A DNA stretch of 28,348 nt from positions 1-28,348 of the IMG/VR virus record IMGVR_UViG_3300048577_000452, one strand, 5' to 3'. Source of the stretch: a virus (taxonomy: Duplodnaviria; Caudoviricetes). Positions 1-7,777 of this stretch are shown piece after piece. Every line of letters starts with the position of its first letter. Position 1 is the stretch's first letter. A program made the position numbers and the translations under genes. The notes under the pieces were generated by a model. It was not told the origin of the DNA, ran no database searches, and was given only the letters and a program-made list of their open reading frames with translations.

Positions 1-132
1 GCAGTGGCCTTCATAGAGAGCTACTGCTTCGAGAAGATCGGGGAAAAGTCCTGCATCGGCATCGATCAGACCCTGGATAGGGAGACTCACCCGATACCCA
101 CGTGGTTCGAGCTGGGCCAGAGCAGGCCGTAA
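1..132 (+). CDS. 3' end of an upstream gene, possibly the major capsid protein (partial)
   Basis: Frame 1 is open from base 1 (AVAFIESYCFEKIGEKSCIGIDQTLDRETHPIPTWFELGQSRP*) to TAA at 130-132; product inferred from position only. Confidence 0.45.
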   Translation, partial: AVAFIESYCFEKIGEKSCIGIDQTLDRETHPIPTWFELGQSRP

Positions 133-151
133 GAAGAGAAGATAGAGATCA

Positions 152-210
152 TCTGGAGAGAAGCTTTTTGTAAAAAGCTCCTCTCCAGACCTCTCCGCAA
201 AAACTTCTAA
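152..210 (+). repeat. Family A palindromic element, copy 1 (hairpin plus CC..CAAAAACTT tail)
   Basis: TCTGGAGAGAAGCTTTTT-GT-AAAAAGCTCCTCTCCAGA (152-189) then CCTCTCCGCAAAAACTTCTAA; homologous to copies at 12514, 13534, 15283 and 15431. Confidence 0.85.
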
Positions 211-228
211 CACTAGAAAGGCGATCCC

Positions 229-786
229 ATGACGCAATGGGTGAAACTCAGAACCGGCGAGGGCCAGCATTACGACAGGCAGGTCGGCCTGCACATCAGA
301 GGAAAAGAGAAGAAGCCGCTGCCGGAAAATATTCCTGCAGGAAGCCTGACGGCTCAGCGGTTAGCCATCGGCGGCCTGGTGATCTGCGGCCCGCCTGAAG
401 AAGAGATCGAGGTCATCGAGGTCGAACCGGAACCAGATTTGGGCGCACGCATTGGTGCGCCCCTACAGATGACCCCCGATACGCCTACGGTAGGGGCAGA
501 CCCAAGCGTCTGCCCTGATGAGCCGGACACACCAGCGGCAGCGGAAGTTATCGAGGAATCGGTTGATCCGGTTCCCGATGCGGCTGCCGAACCGGAGCCA
601 TTGCCGGAACCGGAAAGCCGAGAATCCTTTATCGACCGGACCGCGAAACAGATTCTCTCCAAGATGAACATGGCTGAACTCCGGGAGGCCTGCAAACGCC
701 ACGGGATAGAGGTTCCGAAACGGCCCAAAACGGAGAAGCTGGCAGCGCTCATCGCACAGGCAGAGTGGGAACTACAGCAGGGATGA
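229..786 (+). CDS. Hypothetical phage protein with acidic Pro/Glu linker and C-terminal HeH/SAP/Rho-N-like helical motif
   Basis: SD-like GAAAGG before ATG; C-terminal LSKMNMAELREACKRHGIEVPKRPKTEKLAALI fits a helix-extended-helix pattern common in genes following capsid genes. Confidence 0.7.
   Translation: MTQWVKLRTGEGQHYDRQVGLHIRGKEKKPLPENIPAGSLTAQRLAIGGLVICGPPEEEIEVIEVEPEPDLGARIGAPLQMTPDTPTVGADPSVCPDEPDTPAAAEVIEESVDPVPDAAAEPEPLPEPESRESFIDRTAKQILSKMNMAELREACKRHGIEVPKRPKTEKLAALIAQAEWELQQG
441..515. repeat. Pair of GTAG-type REP palindromes (family C) inside CDS 229..786
   Basis: GGGCGCACGCATTGGTGCGCCCCTAC (441-466, GTAG on - strand) and GTAGGGGCAGACCCAAGCGTCTGCCC (490-515); close intergenic relatives at 6483 and 13665. 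Confidence 0.85.
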
Positions 787-1004
787 ACGAATCCGGAACC
801 TTTCTCTTTTTGTTCGGATTCTCAATCGGCTTCATGGCCTCAAGTGTTTTGAGCTTGTTCGCCAGGAGCAGAATCAGGGCTGGATATCAGCCCACGAGCA
901 AACCGACAGGGCCTCTTCATCCACCGAGAACCGGTTCCTCAGTTCAGGAATTCAAGATGCGGACTTTGGATTCGACGTACGGAGATGTGAAACATGGCGA
1001 TTGA
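783..1004 (+). CDS. Small single-pass membrane protein (73 aa)
   Basis: ATGA overlap with the upstream stop; hydrophobic FLFLFGFSIGFMASSVLSLF followed by a Pro-rich GYQPTSKPTGPLHPPRTGS tail. Confidence 0.6.
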   Translation: MNESGTFLFLFGFSIGFMASSVLSLFARSRIRAGYQPTSKPTGPLHPPRTGSSVQEFKMRTLDSTYGDVKHGD

Positions 1005-1389
1005 CACCGTGCAGCTCGTTAAAGACCAGTTCGACCCGATCCTGGCTCTCGATCCGGGCATTGAGGCGGCGATACCTCGGCAGATAGAAGCTCAAATTGC
1101 TCTGCAGGGTTGGACCGCTGCGGGAATCAGCGATCAGAAGGCGGTTTACATCTCGGTTCTCGCAACCCAGGCGCTGATTCCCAGGCTGCTCAACAAGTTC
1201 GCTCAGGAAGTGAAACGAGCCAAGGGCGGGGATTCCGAAGCGGAATTCATGGACGCCATCGAGTTCCTGAAAGCGCTTCAAAAGCAGCTTGAACAGCAGG
1301 TGAACCGTGCAGCCAGAGAGGCAGCTCCGGAAGACGAACAGGTCGAGCGCATCCTGAGCCCGCCGCTCGTAGGTGTGAGGGGAATATGA
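994..1389 (+). CDS. Putative head-tail adaptor/connector protein
   Basis: 131-aa mostly helical ORF with SD GGAG; position ahead of the neck and tail genes. Confidence 0.6.
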   Translation: MAIDTVQLVKDQFDPILALDPGIEAAIPRQIEAQIALQGWTAAGISDQKAVYISVLATQALIPRLLNKFAQEVKRAKGGDSEAEFMDAIEFLKALQKQLEQQVNRAAREAAPEDEQVERILSPPLVGVRGI

Positions 1390-1814
1390 GACCCGATCAG
1401 AAGGCCAGAGTGGAAGGAGCCTTGGAACGTATTCACGGCATAGTCTCAGGCGATACCGTAATCGCTGTGGATGAGGACGATGTCCAAACGGCCCTGACAT
1501 GCCAGGCTGTGGATCTGGACAAGAGCGAAGCCGGTGGCGAGGGCGGTCTGGAGATCGATGCATCGGGCCTGCGGTTCAACAAGCTGAAGCGGCTCACGTT
1601 CCTGAAGAAAGAATTGTCTGACAATGGCCTGGCCCTGGCTGATATCCGCTATTTCCTTATCGGAAACGAGCGGTGGGATTTTGCGGAGGACTGGCCGGCA
1701 CGTGATTCCATCGTGCCCTTGGCGGGAATACACAACATGATCGAGGTGATAGTGCGTCTGGCGGTGGAGCGGAACCGGTCCATTCCGGGTGCCGAATTCA
1801 CATACGGAGAGTAA
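1386..1814 (+). CDS. Putative head closure / head-tail joining protein
   Basis: ATGA overlap, SD GAGGG; 142 aa; synteny between adaptor and neck gene. Confidence 0.55.
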   Translation: MRPDQKARVEGALERIHGIVSGDTVIAVDEDDVQTALTCQAVDLDKSEAGGEGGLEIDASGLRFNKLKRLTFLKKELSDNGLALADIRYFLIGNERWDFAEDWPARDSIVPLAGIHNMIEVIVRLAVERNRSIPGAEFTYGE

Positions 1815-1815
1815 T

Positions 1816-1878
1816 CCGCAGATTACACAGATTTTCACAGATAAGAGTTTGAATCTGCGTCATCTGCGAAATCTGCGG
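1816..1878. repeat. Family B element: three ~9-nt CAGAT units inverted against three ATCTG units
   Basis: CCGCAGATT-ACACAGATT-TTCACAGAT...ATCTGCGTC-ATCTGCGAA-ATCTGCGG; second copy at 21944-22002. Confidence 0.85.
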
Positions 1879-2003
1879 TTCCTGGAAATTCGGCTACGCA
1901 GAATAATCGAATTTGCGAGGGGCCGACTCCAGGCTACTGAGTATCGACCCGGAACCTTTGCAACGAGTTGCAACGAATTTAAACGCAGTTTGGGCGATTT
2001 CTC

Positions 2004-2477
2004 ATGAGTGTCGACAACGGCAAAATCGGAGACTGGAATCGAGTCGAAAAAATGCTCGCATCGTTCGGCTCGAAATTCCAGCAAAACATCCAGCAGGCAA
2101 CGGACCGCAGCGGCCGCATCCTGGAAGCGGCAATGGTGTCCAGGATCGAGCAACAGAAGCTGAGTCCGCCGCTCAAGCCCAAATACAAACGCTGGAAGAT
2201 CGGAAAAGGCTATTCCGAACAGATTCTCGTGATGACCGGGACGCTCATGCAGAACATCCGCTATCACCGGCGCAACTGGTCAAGCGGGTTTGTAGGCGTG
2301 CTCAGAAACGTCAAGCACTCAAGCGGCCCGAGCCTCGTGAATATCGCTGCAGTGCATGAATACGGCACTCGCGATGGGCGGGTGCCCGCAAGGCCGTATA
2401 TGGCTCCGGCTCTGAAAGAATCGGAAGGCAAGATCCGGCAGGAATACGAGGCCGCTATTGAACGGACGTTCAAATGA
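2004..2477 (+). CDS. Neck / virion morphogenesis protein (HK97 gp10 / Mu gpG-like)
   Basis: Motifs LVMTGTLMQNI and AAVHEYGT...VPARPYMAPAL are typical of this family. Confidence 0.8.
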   Translation: MSVDNGKIGDWNRVEKMLASFGSKFQQNIQQATDRSGRILEAAMVSRIEQQKLSPPLKPKYKRWKIGKGYSEQILVMTGTLMQNIRYHRRNWSSGFVGVLRNVKHSSGPSLVNIAAVHEYGTRDGRVPARPYMAPALKESEGKIRQEYEAAIERTFK

Positions 2478-3364
2478 CAATCGAACTCCTCAATAACTAC
2501 ATCGTGCAGCGATTCCAGCGCATCCTGATGGACGGCCAGCCCATTACGGTTTACGGCCCGGACGCTCCGGAACGCGAAGAAGGTGAGACCGTGTGGCCTC
2601 ACCTGGCCGTGAGCATCAAGCTCTGGCAGGAAGACGCACGGCTGTCGCGGCACCATGAGGAGGTGTTCGTCCCGAGCGAAACGACGCAGACCATCACCGT
2701 GCCCAAGGAATTCGCCGGGCTGCTCAGGGCCACGGTCGTAGGAACGGAACGGGAGCCGTTCACCATCGTGGAAAATGAGAACGACGTATTTGGCCTGTCG
2801 GTCGGTAAGGATGACGTGTTCGAAGCTGACCAGTCAGTAAGATTGATACCCGGGGATCGTGATGCAGCCGATATTTGCTTGTTTCTCAATACCTGGCTCG
2901 ACGGGATCACGGCAGTCAACGACGACGGCCGGATCAAATTAATGACGGTCGAGCCGGGCCACGATCTCCAATTGCTGGACCTGTCGAATTCAGCGAACGC
3001 AGTGCTCGGGTTCGAACCGGGCATCGTCAGGCATGAGGACGTGACCGGGCCGGAATCCTGGTCGGTCAAACGGTATCCGACGCCGTGGAGAATCCTCTAT
3101 CAGGTGGACCTCCGGACAACGGTCGAAGCCCATGCAATCGGGCTGACGCCGTTCGTCCTGGACAGCATCCCGGACGGTCACTGGCCGATCATTGCGCCGG
3201 ACTTTGCGCCCGTGTTCCACCGGGAACCGCCGCAAATACTCGATGAGCTGGCCAAACCGGAATACTGGCGGGCGTTCCGCTGGTGGGTCGGGCCGGTCTG
3301 GATCGACAGAATAACGAGCTACACAGTTCAGCCAATAACGGAATTCACCCTGGAATTTGAGTGA
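2474..3364 (+). CDS. Putative tail terminator/completion protein with an inserted ~100-aa beta-rich module
   Basis: ATGA overlap; WPHLAVSI and PWRILYQVDLRT segments; upstream of sheath; insert at about 2729-3025 resembles modules in the sheath and the 1618-aa protein. Confidence 0.65.
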   Translation: MTIELLNNYIVQRFQRILMDGQPITVYGPDAPEREEGETVWPHLAVSIKLWQEDARLSRHHEEVFVPSETTQTITVPKEFAGLLRATVVGTEREPFTIVENENDVFGLSVGKDDVFEADQSVRLIPGDRDAADICLFLNTWLDGITAVNDDGRIKLMTVEPGHDLQLLDLSNSANAVLGFEPGIVRHEDVTGPESWSVKRYPTPWRILYQVDLRTTVEAHAIGLTPFVLDSIPDGHWPIIAPDFAPVFHREPPQILDELAKPEYWRAFRWWVGPVWIDRITSYTVQPITEFTLEFE

Positions 3365-3372
3365 GGTGCGAA

Positions 3373-3711
3373 ATGGCAAAGAAGAAAGCGGATGAAAGCC
3401 TGAATCCCTCTGCCGAACCGCAGGAAGGCCTGAATCCCCCTGAAGCCCCCTTTACCGAAGGGGGACAAAGCGGAGAAGAGCCGGTGACCGCAGCGGGACG
3501 GCCGATCACGGATTACGTGGTGATCGTGAATCTGACGAAAATGACGATCCCATGCGAACTGCGGAACGGGAGAAGCGTGAACCTCGGCCCCAGAGTTCCG
3601 GGGATGAAGATCCACAAAAGCGAGCCGATCCTGAGAGGGCTTCTCACCCCGGAGATCTACCTGCGGGAGAAGAAACGAATGCTGGCCATTGAGCCTGCGG
3701 GAGGTGTGTAA
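3373..3711 (+). CDS. Hypothetical protein preceding the sheath (112 aa)
   Basis: SD GAGGTG then ATG 3373 (MAKKK...); TAATG overlap with the sheath start. Confidence 0.7.
   Translation: MAKKKADESLNPSAEPQEGLNPPEAPFTEGGQSGEEPVTAAGRPITDYVVIVNLTKMTIPCELRNGRSVNLGPRVPGMKIHKSEPILRGLLTPEIYLREKKRMLAIEPAGGV
3433..3466 (+). repeat. Family D palindrome inside CDS 3373..3711
   Basis: AATCCCCCTGAAGCCCCCTTTACCGAAGGGGGAC has the same layout as intergenic AAAATCCCCCTGTATC..AAAGGGGGAC (21892) and 6844-6936. Confidence 0.65.
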
Positions 3712-6008
3712 TGGGTCTGGGCGATCCACGAGCGATATTTCAACTGTTCGACATGTCCGGGATCGAGGATCTCATTCCCGGCTCGTACGTCGGGGTGGTG
3801 ATCCAATCCGAACGGGGCCCCATGTGGAACGGGAAGCCCTTCACGAACCAGGAGCAGGAACGGCTCATCAAGACCTATGGCAATTCCGTTGACTGGTCCC
3901 AGGACGTGCTGTGCTGCCTGAAAGCGATGGAGGCAGGCGCAAACCTCGTTGTCCACCGGATCGGGCATTGCACGGACATCAGTGACCGTTCCACTCTGGA
4001 CATCCTGCCTGCATCCGTGCTCATCGCGGATCGGGGCGGTGCGGACACACCCGCATATGTTCAGAGCCAGCTGGGGCCGTTCACGTTTCAGCAGGCGCTA
4101 TCCGGCAGGGTTACCGGGTCGGAGATCGGCCCGTTTGCCATCACCACGGGCGCAAACAGTGCATTCAAAGTGCGGGTTGGCGTGCCGGGCACTTGGGGAG
4201 CGGAACAAACCGTAACACTCACGCAGGGTGCGGCTCGAACGGCTCAGCAGGTGTGCGACGACATCAACGCAGGGTCGAGCGGGCTCAATGCAACGGTTGT
4301 CAGCGGCAAGGTCCATCTCGAAGCCGTCAATCACCTGCACAGCCTGGAAGTGATGGCCGTTGCCAACGATGCGTATTCCGCGCTCGGGTTTGTTCCGGCA
4401 GTATCGTCTAACGTAGCGGGAACCGACACGCTGATCGTTTCCATCGATGGCGATGCAGATCAGACATTCAATTTCGAGCCCACCGAGGGAGAGACCGGTT
4501 CATTCGAGCTTACCTCTGCGGAAGTGGCCACCCAGCTTGCGGCACTCACGGGCGGAGTCGTTTCCGGTCTGCAGGGACGGTTGACGATCACATCCGCAAC
4601 TGCGGGCGCAACCAGCACAGTCCAGGTGCAGGCGGGTTCCACGTGCGAGGCAGTATTCGAGTTCGACAACGACGAGCATGCCGGGACGGACGGTGCAGCG
4701 AAGTCGCCGTGGAAATTCGAGATGATCGGACCCGGAGCTTACGCAAACAGTGCAAAGGTCTACGTGCACGATTCAGGGTTGAACAGCGGAACCGCAATCA
4801 ACGTTCGGATCGTGTGTCCCGGAGCCGACGAGGAATATTGGGGCGAGCTGGTGCGAGATCCTGCGAATCCCCGGTACTGGAAAAACTACATCAATGCTCA
4901 CAGCGATCTCGTGAAGATCATCGATGTGGACGATCCCAATGCAGCGCCGAACGATTGGCCTGCGTTGAACACGACGGGTTACACGTTTGCGGGCGGAGAC
5001 GACGGGACGCTCGTGCTGACCAATTCGGATTGGGTCGGCGATGCTGCGGGCGGGACGGGTCTCTACTGCACCGACCATTGGCAGATGCCGTATATCGACC
5101 TGATGCTCTTCGGGACGTCGTCTGCAACGGTGAAAGCTGCCGGCGAGGCATTCGTGGATAACCACAAGGGGCGGCGTTTCTACATGCCTGCTCCTGCTGG
5201 ACTCGATGCGGAGCACGTGGTTGCCTGGCGCATGGGAGATCCGGAATTCGGCTATTCCCACGCTGCATTCAATTCATACAAGACGTGCACGGTCAGGGGC
5301 CGGTTCAAGATCCTCGACACGAAGAACAACGCCGAGGTCGAGATTCCCGCTCTGCCGTATTTGGCTGCGGCAATCTGCCGGACTGATGCGGCTCACGGGC
5401 GGCACTGGTCTCCGTTCGGGATCGAGGCCGGTTATTGCCCCGGTATCCTGGGCATAGACGATAATCCTGCGGAAGCGCCTGGTCAGGCGGACCTGCTGGC
5501 TGAGTATCAGATCAACAATGCCCGTATCCTGCGGACCAGCATCGAAAACCGCGGAAACGAAGGCGCATACCTGTGGGGCGGTTGGACCGATCAGCGTGCG
5601 AAATCCAAGCTCCGGGAGCTGCAGATTTCACGGAAAATCGCGGAATACGAATGGCTGCTCTACCCCATCGGGCTCACGTTCATCAACAAACCGAACCATC
5701 CGGTGATCTGGCGTGAAGTGGGACGGATACTCGACCCCCTCTTCCGTGCGGATCTCGATAGCGGAGCGGTCTTCGGGTACCTCCTGGTCACGGACGGGGA
5801 TGCGTTTTTCACGTCCGGAGGGGAGCTGAAAGGGGCTGTCCTGCAGACAGGACGTACCATCGACCAGAACATCTATCGCTGCCGCATCCTCATTCAGCCG
5901 GTTCCGCAGATACTCTATTTCTATTTCGAGATGGGAGTCATGCGCAGTGGAGATCCGTTTGTTAACTATTCCACCCTCTATTCATTGCCAGGTTGGGCGA
6001 GGAGGTAA
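3711..6008 (+). CDS. Contractile tail sheath protein (765 aa)
   Basis: N-terminal GVVIQSERGP; FAGGDDG...DWVG...GTGLY; C-terminal LAAAICRTD..G.HWSP.G, INNAR, GAYLWGGWT, YRCRILIQPV; followed by tube gene. Confidence 0.92.
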   Translation: MGLGDPRAIFQLFDMSGIEDLIPGSYVGVVIQSERGPMWNGKPFTNQEQERLIKTYGNSVDWSQDVLCCLKAMEAGANLVVHRIGHCTDISDRSTLDILPASVLIADRGGADTPAYVQSQLGPFTFQQALSGRVTGSEIGPFAITTGANSAFKVRVGVPGTWGAEQTVTLTQGAARTAQQVCDDINAGSSGLNATVVSGKVHLEAVNHLHSLEVMAVANDAYSALGFVPAVSSNVAGTDTLIVSIDGDADQTFNFEPTEGETGSFELTSAEVATQLAALTGGVVSGLQGRLTITSATAGATSTVQVQAGSTCEAVFEFDNDEHAGTDGAAKSPWKFEMIGPGAYANSAKVYVHDSGLNSGTAINVRIVCPGADEEYWGELVRDPANPRYWKNYINAHSDLVKIIDVDDPNAAPNDWPALNTTGYTFAGGDDGTLVLTNSDWVGDAAGGTGLYCTDHWQMPYIDLMLFGTSSATVKAAGEAFVDNHKGRRFYMPAPAGLDAEHVVAWRMGDPEFGYSHAAFNSYKTCTVRGRFKILDTKNNAEVEIPALPYLAAAICRTDAAHGRHWSPFGIEAGYCPGILGIDDNPAEAPGQADLLAEYQINNARILRTSIENRGNEGAYLWGGWTDQRAKSKLRELQISRKIAEYEWLLYPIGLTFINKPNHPVIWREVGRILDPLFRADLDSGAVFGYLLVTDGDAFFTSGGELKGAVLQTGRTIDQNIYRCRILIQPVPQILYFYFEMGVMRSGDPFVNYSTLYSLPGWARR

Positions 6009-6011
6009 ACC

Positions 6012-6476
6012 ATGATCACTGATGCACGGGCAATAAAGAATCCTCTTGAATCCGGGAGGTTCAGGGTCGAATTCAACGGCTACCCTCCAGCGCTCTTCAC
6101 CAAGTGCTCATTGCCTGAAGACGAATCCAAAGTCGTCAAGATGAAGGGTGGCGGCCAAACGCTGTCGAAGAAAAACGCGGGCGGCGAGGAACTCTCGGAG
6201 TTCACCCTTGAAGCTATCGTATCTGCTGACGGAACGGACCGCATGTTTTGGCGGGATTGGCGGATGCAGGTGCGCACGCATGACGAGGGTCAGTACTACC
6301 GCGACGGATCTGTAACCATCCTGGGGCCCAACTACGAGCCCAAGCTGATTTGGGACTTGCAGGACGCATGGCCCAAAAAAGTCAAAATCGAAGAGTTCAA
6401 GTCAGACAGCGACGAGGAACTCGTCCGGCTCACCATAACCATGGAGTGCAACGACTGCATTCCCAGGGTGAGGTAG
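6012..6476 (+). CDS. Tail tube protein (T4 gp19-like)
   Basis: SD GGAGG; RFRVEF...FTKCSLP and YRDGSVTIL...WDLQDAWPKK signature. Confidence 0.92.
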   Translation: MITDARAIKNPLESGRFRVEFNGYPPALFTKCSLPEDESKVVKMKGGGQTLSKKNAGGEELSEFTLEAIVSADGTDRMFWRDWRMQVRTHDEGQYYRDGSVTILGPNYEPKLIWDLQDAWPKKVKIEEFKSDSDEELVRLTITMECNDCIPRVR

Positions 6477-6482
6477 GTGCTC

Positions 6483-6507
6483 GGCGCACGCACGGGTGCG
6501 CCCCTAC
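6483..6507 (-). repeat. GTAG-type REP palindrome (family C)
   Basis: GGCGCACGCACGGGTGCGCCCCTAC, nearly identical to 442-466; both are followed by AGATG. Confidence 0.85.
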
Positions 6508-6595
6508 AGATGGCACGGATTTCGCGTAAGCGACATGGCATACTTTTTAACTTGGCATGATTCTCGCGTGGGTTGAACGGCAAGAATGGTGCCAA
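6508..6595. promoter_or_regulatory. Duplicated 88-bp unit, copy 1, with clustered sigma-54-type -24/-12 motifs
   Basis: + strand TGGCACGGATTTCGC (6511-6525) and TGGCATGATTCTCGC (6553-6567); - strand TGGCACCATTCTTGC (6580-6594); extra TGGCA at 6536 lacks the -12 GC. Confidence 0.65.
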
Positions 6596-6613
6596 GACAA
6601 TGAGGCAGGAAAC

Positions 6614-6838
6614 ATGAGCAAAAAACCGGCAGGAACAACAACGATACCAGCGCTGCTGGCGAATGCAACCATCGAAGTGGGAGACGAAACGGTGAACGTG
6701 ACATTTACGAATCCGGACGATCCCCTCGAAAAGGCATCGTTCACCGTTCCCAAGTGGAAAGCCTCAGCCTTCCTGTCGAACGACCTCGGAGCGAAGATCG
6801 GGGCTGCAACGAAGGACATCAAACCATTCGAGGGCTAA
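6614..6838 (+). CDS. Hypothetical 74-aa protein, possible truncated paralog of the downstream tail chaperone
   Basis: SD GAGG/AGGA before ATG 6614; N-terminal TxT[IL]P-x7-I-x3-DE pattern shared with CDS 7073. Confidence 0.65.
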   Translation: MSKKPAGTTTIPALLANATIEVGDETVNVTFTNPDDPLEKASFTVPKWKASAFLSNDLGAKIGAATKDIKPFEG

Positions 6839-6843
6839 GTGCA

Positions 6844-6936
6844 TTGTTCCCCTTTTTGTAAAGGGGGATACAGGGGGATTTTAGGCGGTGGCGGAAAAAA
6901 TCCCTCCTAACCTCCCTTTAGAAAAGGGAGGAACAA
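6844..6936. repeat. Family D inverted pair (REP-doublet-like)
   Basis: TTGTTCCCCTTTTTGTAAAGGGGGATACAGGGGGATTTT...AAAATCCCTCCTAACCTCCCTTTAGAAAAGGGAGGAACAA; each half has its own hairpin and the halves are inverted. Confidence 0.85.
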
Positions 6937-7024
6937 AGATGGCACGGAATTCGCGTAAGCGACTTGGCATACTCTTTAACTTGGCATGATTCTCGCGTGG
7001 GTGCGAGGGCAAGAAGGATGCCAA
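6937..7024. promoter_or_regulatory. Duplicated 88-bp unit, copy 2, with clustered sigma-54-type motifs
   Basis: 9 mismatches in 88 nt versus 6508-6595 by manual alignment; motifs at 6940-6954 (+), 6982-6996 (+) and 7009-7023 (- strand TGGCATCCTTCTTGC). Confidence 0.65.
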
Positions 7025-7072
7025 ACAGAATGTCGGCAGCGATCGCTGGCTGCTATCGAATAGAGGAAAAAC

Positions 7073-7777
7073 ATGGCCGAACCATTGACGAATACCATCA
7101 CATTGCCTGTTTCAGGCATGGAAACCGTGATCAGGGAATCAGACGAGAATGCCGAAAGGATACTGTTCAAACACAAGCACAAGATGTATCGGGCTGTTCC
7201 AGCATACTTGGCCTATTGCACTGTCCGGCTCCGCGATATCGAGAAGCCGAAACCCGAAGACATACGCAAGCTCTTGATGCCCGATCAGGTGGCGCTGGCA
7301 ATAGAGGTCTACAAGCTCAGCTTCGGGGACAAAGTCATACTCACGGCAAAAGATCCCGATACCAATCGGCCAGCGGGCTATGAAGTGGATTTGACGGAAC
7401 TGGACTTCATGCCCATACCTGATGGCAAGACTGGGCCTGATCCCGTGTTCACCTTCATCATGCCACGTTCCGGACATGTCATCGAATACGGATATCCCAC
7501 CTACAAACAAGCACTTGACGAACTGGAATTGGACGATATCGATGTGGGGCGAACGGATTTTGCCAGAATACGCATGATTGATGGGGGTCCCAAGGGAAAA
7601 CGGGGCGATGTGTGGTGGGGTGGACTCGATAGCCAGGCACTTCGCGACGATTTCCATCGAACCCGTTGCGGGTATGACACGCGAATCCGGTTCAAAAACG
7701 AAAACGGTGTGGAGGTGGTAATGGATCTTTTATCGGACCCTTCCTTTCTACACCCGGCAGTGCGGCTCAGGAGATAA
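7073..7777 (+). CDS. Tail assembly chaperone (234 aa)
   Basis: SD GAGG; between tube and tape measure; TITLPVSG..IRE and LLMPDQVALAIEV..LSFGD pattern of myophage tail chaperones. Confidence 0.75.
   Translation: MAEPLTNTITLPVSGMETVIRESDENAERILFKHKHKMYRAVPAYLAYCTVRLRDIEKPKPEDIRKLLMPDQVALAIEVYKLSFGDKVILTAKDPDTNRPAGYEVDLTELDFMPIPDGKTGPDPVFTFIMPRSGHVIEYGYPTYKQALDELELDDIDVGRTDFARIRMIDGGPKGKRGDVWWGGLDSQALRDDFHRTRCGYDTRIRFKNENGVEVVMDLLSDPSFLHPAVRLRR

Noticed and set aside
152-210. Family A hairpins as intrinsic terminators
   Set aside because: The T and A runs are inside the stem and no U-tract follows directly; termination is not excluded but is unsupported
1789-2007. 72-aa ORF containing PQITQIFTD / NLRHLRNLR
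   Set aside because: It is the translation of the family B repeat and overlaps genes at both ends
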